Below are positions 29,943-37,472 of a stretch of 64,000 bases of DNA, in pieces. The stretch is from Verrucomicrobiota bacterium (GTDB lineage: Bacteria > Verrucomicrobiota > Verrucomicrobiia > Verrucomicrobiales > Akkermansiaceae), in assembly GCA_016871685.1 (NCBI GenBank), contig VHCM01000001.1, positions 19,753-83,752 on the forward strand, given 5' to 3'. Under the pieces are notes generated by a model. It did no database searches, was not told the DNA's origin, and saw only the letters and a list, made by a program, of their open reading frames with translations. Position numbers and translations under genes: made by a program. Position 1 is the first letter of the stretch; each line of letters opens with the position of its first letter.

Positions 29943-30070
29943 GCCTAAACGTCAAAGTTGAGCGACTGCCGCCAGAAACGCAAGGTCGAGCGTGAAGAGC
30001 GCGTCTAAATTGCCACAGCGCGTCGAGCGGAGAGGCTGGGCGGCAGTTCGTCTCCAGCGTCTGGTTCGGC
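29943..30070 (-). other. attC (cassette 3)
   Basis: GCCGAAC-CAGAC-GCTGGAGA-CGAACTGCCGCC...GGCGGCAGTC-GCTCAAC-TTTGAC-GTT(TAGGC). Confidence 0.85.
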
Positions 30071-30077
30071 AATGGTG

Positions 30078-30812
30078 TCATTGTAGGGAGCGAATCGAGA
30101 GACCAATAAACTGCCCATACATTAGCAAGGGCACGACTCCGAGGACAGGGCCAACGAACATGCCGACAAGCATCATGCCGCTCGACGGTTCCTGCCGATA
30201 GCGGTCGAGTAGATGCCCAACCGGGTCTCTCCGCTTTTTCACTTGGTCGGCGATCATCGCCACGCACATGAACGCTGCCCAACACAGCGCGAGGCCAATG
30301 AGGATGTAGCCCAAGCAATCCCAGAACGAGGGAAAAGCTGAATCAGGAAGTCGTGAACCGTCAGTGATAGCATAATACAGCTTCTTGGCGATCGGCTTGA
30401 GCATGAAGATGCCCTGAAGGAACACCGGCACACCCGGGGTGTCAGAAATCATCCGACCAACTATTGGGATAAAGCACAAGACCAGCACCAGGAGCATGGC
30501 GAGGAAGCCAGCTTTGAACACAGGCCAGAAGAGCGGACCAATCACCTCTCCAGGTGTGAACCCACCTCCGCCGATAATGGCCGGAAGGCAAAGAAGAACG
30601 AATCCGGATACAGCGATAGCCTGAATCAATGGTCCACCAACAATCACGAGAAAGCAGCCCGCCCCGATGCGTGCGCTCGATTCGCCGTCGCCCATAGTGA
30701 GTCCAGAGATCAGCGGATAAAGGATGGAGGCGATGCTGACTCCCGCCATGCCGACAAGGATATGCCAGTCGAGCAAGCTTGTGATTCCTGCACCTACAGA
30801 TTCCCAGAACAT
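30078..30812 (-). CDS. Cassette 3: multi-TM membrane protein of unknown function (244 aa)
   Basis: About 6 hydrophobic segments; fills the cassette between two attC sites. Confidence 0.75.
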   Translation of the reverse strand: MFWESVGAGITSLLDWHILVGMAGVSIASILYPLISGLTMGDGESSARIGAGCFLVIVGGPLIQAIAVSGFVLLCLPAIIGGGGFTPGEVIGPLFWPVFKAGFLAMLLVLVLCFIPIVGRMISDTPGVPVFLQGIFMLKPIAKKLYYAITDGSRLPDSAFPSFWDCLGYILIGLALCWAAFMCVAMIADQVKKRRDPVGHLLDRYRQEPSSGMMLVGMFVGPVLGVVPLLMYGQFIGLSIRSLQ

Positions 30813-30830
30813 AGTGAGCGCGATGTTGTT

Positions 30831-30890
30831 GCCGAACGCCCCGGTTCAGCGGCGGAACGGAGTGCCGTCCGCTGCAACCGATTGTTCGGC
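30831..30890 (-). other. attC (cassette 2), 60 bp
   Basis: GCCGAAC-AATCG-GTTGCAGC-GGACGG...CCGTTCCGCC-GCTGAAC-CGGGGC-GTTCGGC. Confidence 0.92.
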
Positions 30891-30938
30891 CGGCCTGAGT
30901 TTCCGACGCAATGTACGGCTTGGCTGTACCGTTGCCTA

Positions 30939-31328
30939 TTAGCCTTCCGGGTTCAACGATGAGTGGTGCTCTACGATCTTCCAATCATTCTCTGTCCATT
31001 GATAGACGAACGTGTATCGGGCCTCCACCGTGGCGCGTCCTTCGTCCTTGCTGTCGATCTTGAAGCTGTAGAGTCCGGAGTTGACGGCAACGCCACCCAG
31101 TACTCGTGTGTAGGCTTCCACGGCCGTACCAACGGGATGCTTCGGCAGAAACTCCCTCTCGAAGTACCCGCGTATCTTCCGATGTCCTTTCTTGACGTCG
31201 CCCTTGAGCGTCGAAAGCAAGATCGCATCTCTCGCATAGAGTGCGGTCACTTGAGCCGGGTCGCCGGTCTTCAAAGCTGCGAACCAGCGGTCCAGTTGCT
31301 TTTCGACGTCTTTGATGATGCTGCTCAT
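30939..31328 (-). CDS. Cassette 2: SnoaL/NTF2-like (DUF4440, SgcJ/EcaC-type) protein
   Basis: LDRWFAALKTGDPAQVTALYARDAILL, ARYTFVY, WKIVEHHSS; AGGAG RBS before ATG 31328. Confidence 0.85.
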   Translation of the reverse strand: MSSIIKDVEKQLDRWFAALKTGDPAQVTALYARDAILLSTLKGDVKKGHRKIRGYFEREFLPKHPVGTAVEAYTRVLGGVAVNSGLYSFKIDSKDEGRATVEARYTFVYQWTENDWKIVEHHSSLNPEG

Positions 31329-31370
31329 GAAGTCTCCTAGTCTCGTGTTTGGGAGCGTATGGTTTGTGGA

Positions 31371-31495
31371 GCCGAACGTCGAGGTGTGGCACCGACTACC
31401 GGGAGCGCCACTCCGCAACAGGGTTGAGGGTTGTAGTCAAGGGGGGCATTTAACTCGGGGCGGGTAGTCGGTTGTCCACCACCGCCTTGTTAGCC
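31371..31495 (-). other. attC (cassette 1), 125 bp
   Basis: GGCTAAC-AAGGC-GGTGGTGG-ACAACCGACTACC...GGTAGTCGGTG-CCACACC-TCGAC-GTTCGGC. R'' contains the MTase stop and is complementary to GTTAGCC at 33334-33340. Confidence 0.9.
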
Positions 31496-32725
31496 CTCTT
31501 TTTTCAGGATGACGATTCGATTACTGTTCGTGCCTTTCTTATTGTTGGACACCCCCCAGCAATTCGCGGTCTTCGTGAAGTCTTGGGAGTTAATCATGAT
31601 GCACTCTGGAATGAGACCCGCCTCAAAACCGGCCTTCACAACCTCATTCTCAAGGAGCAAAACACCACTGCGGATCTCACCGACTTCAAAGGCGACAATC
31701 CCGCCAGGCTGAAGGATTCTCTTAAGTTCCTTAAAAACATTGGTCATCCTTGCTACCCACTGATCCAACGACTTGATTTGCCAAATACTGTCTGGATCAA
31801 CCGACAACTCGCAGAACCACATTCTAAGCCAGTTGTCGCCGATGTAATCAACGGTGTCTAAGAACGGTGGTGAAGTCACTACAAGTCTTACTGAATCCGA
31901 GGGAATATCGGAGGTAGAATCGGCTGAGGAGCAGAGTATCTCGTGATCGTGTCGGGAATAATCATGTGGCAATGGATCGCGAAGCAGCTGCTTGGTCTTT
32001 TTGAGAATCAGCGCCTTAGTGTTACGGTATTCAGGAATTTGGTTGCGCTTCGCGTTAATGCGGCGTTGCGCCTCCAATGAAGTTGCTTGGTTTGGTGGCA
32101 GCGTATAGACTGAGAAGAATCCATTGGAATGCCCAGTTAGACGATTACAAGCGACCATCTGAATCCACGCATCAACCAAATCAAATGTGCCTTGTCTCTT
32201 GCGAATGCGAAAGTAAGTGCGCCAGCCATACAACTCGGCCAAGGTATCGGGCGCGAAGAATACAAGAAGATCGGAATCAACCTTGCTTGTCATCGACAGG
32301 GAAACCTCAGTCAAGCGTTCTTCAACCATCTTAAACGTTGGGGGATTCAGGCGGGGGCCTCCAAGAACACCTGAAAGAGGATTGGCATCGTTGCCCATCG
32401 CTCGGCATTGTCTTAATTGTGCTTCAATTAGTGTAGTCCCTCTGCCCATAAAGGGGTCATACACCACGTCTCCGGGGACGCAAAACCTCTCAATGAAGAA
32501 GCCGGGCAACTGTGGCTTGTAGCAGGCTCGGTAGGAGACTTCATGCAGGGAGTGCCCATCCCGTTGCTTGGAAGTCCAGAACTCGTTCTCATAGACTGAG
32601 ACTTTAAGATCAGCGAAATGCCTCTCTTCAGTCCCAGTGAAGCGATTGAACTCAAAGAATGAACGTAGCTCGAAATGAAGTTCGCTAGGATCGCGTAAGA
32701 TCAATCTCTTTTTAGTCTTTGGCAT
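31490..32725 (-). CDS. Cassette 1 gene 2: amino (N4C/N6A) DNA methyltransferase
   Basis: Motif I VYDPFMGRGTT precedes motif IV VTSPPF (alpha-type order). Confidence 0.85.
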   Translation of the reverse strand: MPKTKKRLILRDPSELHFELRSFFEFNRFTGTEERHFADLKVSVYENEFWTSKQRDGHSLHEVSYRACYKPQLPGFFIERFCVPGDVVYDPFMGRGTTLIEAQLRQCRAMGNDANPLSGVLGGPRLNPPTFKMVEERLTEVSLSMTSKVDSDLLVFFAPDTLAELYGWRTYFRIRKRQGTFDLVDAWIQMVACNRLTGHSNGFFSVYTLPPNQATSLEAQRRINAKRNQIPEYRNTKALILKKTKQLLRDPLPHDYSRHDHEILCSSADSTSDIPSDSVRLVVTSPPFLDTVDYIGDNWLRMWFCELSVDPDSIWQIKSLDQWVARMTNVFKELKRILQPGGIVAFEVGEIRSGVLLLENEVVKAGFEAGLIPECIMINSQDFTKTANCWGVSNNKKGTNSNRIVILKKEG

Positions 32726-32726
32726 C

Positions 32727-33317
32727 TTAGATGACTTTCGTGTAGTGAGGCCCGTTGGACAGGATTTTGTGATTCACTGACGCTTCTAGCCTAACGCTTA
32801 CGCTAGTGGAAGGCTCGATGAAGTCCAAGCGTATGGCATCGATTGTTGCGTGTGAGGCAGTTGGGGAATACAAAATCGTCATTAGAAGATGGTGGATGGG
32901 GGCTTTGAACTGGCTTCGCAATTTGGTAGAGGAAGAGGTCAATACTCGTCTATTGGAGTCAGAGGGGTTCCAATCACTCGTGGCCTTAACCTCCAAAGGC
33001 ATCTTAAGCCGTGTTGCGCGTTCCGTGAGGGTTTTGTCTGGGTAACCCGCGCCGGAGCACGGTCCTATCGTATAGACGGATGTATGCCGTTGAAGGAGCG
33101 AAATCGTGTATTCTTCTACTTGATTGCCGATCGATTGGTTTGTGCTCCCCGGTCGAATGGGGCAATTTGTTCCTTTGATGCCCGACGAGGCCACCGCAGC
33201 TACTATGTCCGCTTCAATCGATTGACGTAGTGGAATAGGCCAGGTGTGAATCAAAGGAATCGGGGTGACTCCTTCCCAATTGAGTAGATCGGTGTAGTAA
33301 TCGAAGAGGTTGGGCAT
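32727..33317 (-). CDS. Cassette 1 gene 1: putative type II restriction endonuclease
   Basis: SIGNQVEE helix, GYPD, LEVK form a PD-(D/E)XK pattern; stop is 1 nt from the MTase ATG. Confidence 0.6.
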   Translation of the reverse strand: MPNLFDYYTDLLNWEGVTPIPLIHTWPIPLRQSIEADIVAAVASSGIKGTNCPIRPGSTNQSIGNQVEEYTISLLQRHTSVYTIGPCSGAGYPDKTLTERATRLKMPLEVKATSDWNPSDSNRRVLTSSSTKLRSQFKAPIHHLLMTILYSPTASHATIDAIRLDFIEPSTSVSVRLEASVNHKILSNGPHYTKVI

Positions 33318-33333
33318 TGGATTATTTTTCTTG

Positions 33334-33390
33334 GGCTAACAGTGTTAATAAGTAGCGTGCGGCATTTGTCCTGTAACAACCGCGTGCGGC
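33334..33390 (-). other. Putative attI site
   Basis: Core GTTAGCC at 33340-33334 before the first cassette, with no attC arm upstream; 9-bp direct repeats GCCGCACGC at 33355-33363 and 33382-33390. Confidence 0.7.
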
Positions 33391-33520
33391 TCAACCGGTG
33401 CAAATACGGCACGGAAGGATACTTCTCCGGGAATTCCGTTCATGAAGCGGTTTTTAAACCGCCATGGAGGAACTGCCAAGCAAGAAACGCGGGGCGGTGG
33501 AGGAATGAAAATTTTTCGGC

Positions 33521-34921
33521 TCAGGAAAGATCCAGTGGACTTGGGCCGCCTGCACCGGGCCTTTTCATCACATGCAGGTAGATCATCGTTGTTTCCACAC
33601 TGGCATGTCCCATGAGACTTTGGACAGTGCGGATATCGGTGCCGGATTCGAGTAAATGCGTAGCGAACGAATGGCGCATCGTGTGGCATGTGGCGCGTTT
33701 TGGGATCCCGGCCTTTCGGACAGCGTCCTTGAGTTGGCGCTGCATGGAGGATTCGTGCAGGTGGTGGCGGGCGATCCTGCCGGTGCGCGGATGCGGGCAG
33801 AGGGTGGCGGATGCGAAAATGTATTGCCAGCACCACTCGCGACTGGCGTTTGGCCACTTTCGCAGCAGGGCTTCCGGCATGTGGACGTCACCCGCAGCGA
33901 CGGCAAGATCCTGGAGATGCTTCTCGCGAAGGCGCGACAGATGTTGCTTGAGCTGTTCCTCCAAAGCCCTTGGCAGGGTGACGACGCGGTGCTTGCCGCC
34001 CTTGCCGTCGTGGATGGTGATAGTTCCCTGGCCAAAATCCAGATCTTTGACACGCAGGCGCATGGCTTCCATGAGGCGGAGGCCGCTGCCGTACATGAGC
34101 TGGGCGGCGAGTTTCCATGGGGCTTCGAGGTGGGCGAGGACTGCCCGGACTTCCTCGCGAGTCATCACGACCGGCGGACGGCGCTGGCCGCGGGCGGGAG
34201 TGAGGTGGTCGAGGGTGAATTCCTCAATTCCGAGGACGTTTTTCATGAGAAAGGCCATGGCGTTGAGCGCCTGCTTCTGGGTCGTCGGGGCGACGTTACA
34301 TTCCAGTGCGAGGAAGTCGAGGTAGGCGGTGATGGCGGGCGGTCCGGCAACTTCCGGGGATTGGCCGAGCCTTTGAAAGCAGAAGCGGATGAACCGGCAG
34401 TTCCAATGGACATACGTCTCCTCGGTAGCCATCGCCATGTTCTTGATCCGGATGGTGCGGCGGAGCGAATCAGTGAGCCGCTTGAGTTCCGAATCGGCAT
34501 CGACGACCTGTTCCGGAGTCGGCGTGGGCGAAGGGGGCAAATTGGCCCTTACGCGGATCGATTCACGGGCAACAGTCCGGTGGTCCGGTTCCAAGGAGCG
34601 GGACTGATCAGACAATCCCCGCCAATCGAAAGAGGATGCCCATGCGATGGTGAGGACATCGCAGGCGAGAACACGGGCCGCATCGACCGCCTGGCGATAT
34701 TGCCAATCGGCCAAATGGGCGGAACGGCCAAGGGCATCAAAATACTCCTGGGTGCGTTCTGGTGATTGGTGACCGCGGGCCTTGGTCCACGATTCCGCCC
34801 AGTGGAGATAGTAATCGCGTGAGCCTGGCTTGATGGGCAAGGTGGCAATCCGATGGATGAATTTCATGCGAGCCGGGGAGATATTCCGGCCCGGCTGTTC
34901 ATGCGCAGAGAACAAAGACAT
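33521..34921 (-). CDS. intI: Integron integrase with N-terminal extension
   Basis: GLRLME, GKGGK, HTMRHSFATHLLESG, LMGH, TMIY catalytic set plus the IntI insertion (KWPNASREWCWQYIF...RHHLHE). Start may be 34867. Confidence 0.95.
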   Translation of the reverse strand: MSLFSAHEQPGRNISPARMKFIHRIATLPIKPGSRDYYLHWAESWTKARGHQSPERTQEYFDALGRSAHLADWQYRQAVDAARVLACDVLTIAWASSFDWRGLSDQSRSLEPDHRTVARESIRVRANLPPSPTPTPEQVVDADSELKRLTDSLRRTIRIKNMAMATEETYVHWNCRFIRFCFQRLGQSPEVAGPPAITAYLDFLALECNVAPTTQKQALNAMAFLMKNVLGIEEFTLDHLTPARGQRRPPVVMTREEVRAVLAHLEAPWKLAAQLMYGSGLRLMEAMRLRVKDLDFGQGTITIHDGKGGKHRVVTLPRALEEQLKQHLSRLREKHLQDLAVAAGDVHMPEALLRKWPNASREWCWQYIFASATLCPHPRTGRIARHHLHESSMQRQLKDAVRKAGIPKRATCHTMRHSFATHLLESGTDIRTVQSLMGHASVETTMIYLHVMKRPGAGGPSPLDLS

Positions 34922-34936
34922 GGAGCACCCATATAG

Positions 34937-34950
34937 TGTTCATAAGAACT
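34937..34950. promoter_or_regulatory. Putative LexA box in the intI promoter
   Basis: TGTTC-ATAA-GAACT, one mismatch from TGTTC-N4-GAACA, 16 nt upstream of ATG 34921. Confidence 0.6.
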
Positions 34951-34968
34951 GCACAAGTTCAATATTTA

Positions 34969-35231
34969 TGGCGGAGAGGATGGGATTGCCTGCGCTCCGC
35001 TCCGGCCAAGCGGGATGCGGCCTCCTCCTCCGGAGGCCGGAAGGAAAAGATTTCGCCGCTACGAGCGGCGATGGCGTTGACTTCGTTTCACTCCGTCCAA
35101 ACCCGTGTGACTCGCGTTGCTCGCACCCAGACGTCGCCGCTGCGAGCGGCTTCCTGTTTTCAAACCCACGGTGAGTTTTACCCCACGTCCGATTTCGAAT
35201 CGGGTGCCTTCAACCACTCAGCCACCTCTCC
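34969..35231 (-). tRNA. tRNA-Ser(CGA) interrupted in the T-loop
   Basis: 5' part GGAGAGG...anticodon loop TTCGAAA...long variable arm...GTGGGTT (35231-35163); 3' part AATCCCATCCTCTCCGCCA (34987-34969). Acceptor and T stems pair across the gap. Confidence 0.85.
34988..35160. mobile_element. ~170-nt palindromic REP/MITE-like insertion in the tRNA T-loop
   Basis: Hairpins at 35018-35039, 35053-35071 and 35136-35150; 17-nt near-identical direct repeat at 35053 and 35134. Boundaries uncertain by a few nt. Confidence 0.7.
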
Positions 35232-35353
35232 TTGGCGCTGCGACGCGGAACCGAATCATGGGCGGTCGGCTGCGGTTTGGTTTGTAAAGCAGGGAATGGC
35301 GGCGGAAACTGGGCGGATTCCACGCGGATCGGCATTGTGCGGCGGGCGGGAGC

Positions 35354-36166
35354 GTGGAGACTGCGCGCGTGAAACCGTTGCCGCCGCCCGAGACGCCCGC
35401 CGCCGTGCTGTCGTTCGATTTCGACGGCACGCTGCATGATCCGGCATCGGATCCGCCGGTGCCGTCCGCATTCTTCGACAAGATCCGGCGATTGCGCGAA
35501 AGCCACCGGATCGTCTGGGGCATCAACACCGGACGCACGATGGAGCATTTGCTCGAAGGCTTTGCGGAAAGCGCCTTCCCATTCCTGCCGGACTGGGTGG
35601 TCGCCTGCGAGCGCGAGGTGCACCTGCCCGATGTGGACGGCCGCTGGCGCGAGCATGAATCGTGGAACCAGCGCTGCCGCCGCGAGATCGCCACGCTGTT
35701 CGAGCGTGCCAGCGGCCTGCTCGCGCGCATTCGCCGCGACATCGAGCAACGCACCGGTGCCGAGTGGTTCGAACTCAGCCACGATCCGGCATGCATCGTC
35801 GCACGCACGATCGAGGAAATGGATTGGATCGTCGGTCACATCACGCAGATCGCCGCGGAAGCGCCCGATCTCGGATGGCAACGCAGCTCGATCTACCTGC
35901 GGTTCGGCCACCGCGAATTCCAGAAGGGCAGCAGCCTCGGCGAGGTCGCGCGGATCCATGGATTGGATGCCGCCGCCTGCTTCGCGATGGGCGACAGCCA
36001 CAACGACCTGGAAATGCTCGATGCCGCCCATGCCGCGATGGCCGCCTGTCCGGCCAATGCCGTGGCGGACATCATCGCCAAGGTGGAATCCGGCGGCGGT
36101 CTCGTCACGCGACAAGCCCACGGAGACGGCGTGGTCGAGGCGCTGCGACACTATTTCCCGGATTGA
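35354..36166 (+). CDS. HAD-IIB family hydrolase
   Basis: DFDGTL, NTGR, KGSSL, GDSHND. Confidence 0.9.
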   Translation: METARVKPLPPPETPAAVLSFDFDGTLHDPASDPPVPSAFFDKIRRLRESHRIVWGINTGRTMEHLLEGFAESAFPFLPDWVVACEREVHLPDVDGRWREHESWNQRCRREIATLFERASGLLARIRRDIEQRTGAEWFELSHDPACIVARTIEEMDWIVGHITQIAAEAPDLGWQRSSIYLRFGHREFQKGSSLGEVARIHGLDAAACFAMGDSHNDLEMLDAAHAAMAACPANAVADIIAKVESGGGLVTRQAHGDGVVEALRHYFPD

Positions 36167-36230
36167 GCGCACCTGCGCGCACGGCGGATTCCTGCTTTTC
36201 ATCGTCGGCCATCACCGATAGAAGGAACGG

Positions 36231-37442
36231 ATGATCGGAATCCTCGGACTGGCCGTGTTCCTCGCCATCGCCTGGGCCATGTGTGATGCGCGGGCGTCGG
36301 TGCGCTGGCGCACGGTGGCGCTCGCGTTCGCGTTGCAGGTCGGCATCGGTCTGCTCGTCTTCGGCGTGCCCGCCGGTCGCGACGCGCTCGACTGGCTGAG
36401 CAATCTGGTCGCGCGCGCGATCGGCGCGGGCAAGGCCGGTGTCGATTTCCTGTTCGGTCCGCTCTCGGCGGACGATGGCAACATCGGCTTCGTCTTCGCA
36501 CTGCGCGTGCTGCCGATGATCATCTTTTTCTCGTCGTTGATCGCTGTGCTCTACCATCTCGGCATCATGCAGCGGATCATCCGCCTGATCGGTGGCGGAC
36601 TGCGGCGCGTGCTGGGAACGAGCAGCGCCGAATCGATGTCGGCTGCGGCCAACATCTTCGTCGGGCAAACCGAGGCGCCGCTGGTGGTGAAGCCCTACAT
36701 TCCGGCGATGACGCCTTCCGAGTTGTTCGCGGTGATGGTCGGCGGCTTGGCGAGCGTCGCCGGATCGGTGTTGGCAGGCTATGCGGCGATGGGAGTGGAA
36801 ATGAAGTACCTGCTCGCCGCGTCGTTCATGGCGGCACCGGGCGGATTGCTCTTCGCCAAGTTGATGAAACCCGAGACGGCGACGCCACACGAGGGCGACC
36901 TGCAGTTTGCCGAGGGCGACGACAAGCCGGCCAACGTGCTCGATGCCGCCGCGCTGGGTGCGTCCACCGGACTGAAGCTCGCGCTCAACGTTGGCGCGAT
37001 GCTGCTCGCGTTCATCGGCCTCATCGCATTGATCAACCTGGTGTTGTCGGGCATCGGCGGATGGTTCGGCCATGCCGGGTTGAGCCTGCAATGGCTGCTT
37101 GGCCACGTGTTTTCCCCGGTCGCCTGGCTCGCCGGCATTCCCGCGGCCGAGATGCACGCCGGCGGCAGCCTGATCGGGCAGAAGATTGTCCTCAACGAAT
37201 TCGTCGCCTACGGCGCGCTGACCGAGATGCAGGCGTCGATGAGCGAGCGCACACGCGCGATTTGCTCGGTCGCGCTGTGCGGCTTCGCCAACTTGTCGTC
37301 GATTGCGATCCTGCTCGGCGGACTCGGCGGGATGGCACCCAAGCGCCGACCGGAGATCGCGCGGCTCGGGCTGAAGGCAGTGGCCGCAGGCACGCTGTCG
37401 AACCTGGCCAGCGCGACGATCGTCGGCATCTTCATTTCCTGA
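36231..37442 (+). CDS. Concentrative nucleoside transporter (NupC/CNT)
   Basis: [32 protein letters not shown]. Confidence 0.92.
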   Translation: MIGILGLAVFLAIAWAMCDARASVRWRTVALAFALQVGIGLLVFGVPAGRDALDWLSNLVARAIGAGKAGVDFLFGPLSADDGNIGFVFALRVLPMIIFFSSLIAVLYHLGIMQRIIRLIGGGLRRVLGTSSAESMSAAANIFVGQTEAPLVVKPYIPAMTPSELFAVMVGGLASVAGSVLAGYAAMGVEMKYLLAASFMAAPGGLLFAKLMKPETATPHEGDLQFAEGDDKPANVLDAAALGASTGLKLALNVGAMLLAFIGLIALINLVLSGIGGWFGHAGLSLQWLLGHVFSPVAWLAGIPAAEMHAGGSLIGQKIVLNEFVAYGALTEMQASMSERTRAICSVALCGFANLSSIAILLGGLGGMAPKRRPEIARLGLKAVAAGTLSNLASATIVGIFIS

Positions 37443-37472
37443 CGGCGGCATCCGACCGCACCACACGCACCC

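Larger units (their letters stand above)
26891..34921 (-). mobile_element. Complete integron with co-oriented (inverted-type) integrase and 5 cassettes
   Basis: IntI, attI-like site, 4 clear and 1 degenerate attC; all cassette ORFs on the minus strand; visibly lower GC than the flanks. Confidence 0.9.

Noticed and set aside
33345-33857. 170-aa ORF over the intI 3' end and attI
   Set aside because: Overlaps intI out of frame; no recognisable features.
34988-35160. tRNA insert as a group I/II intron or an attC cassette
   Set aside because: Too short, no recognisable intron core, and no RYYYAAC/GTTRRRY box architecture.
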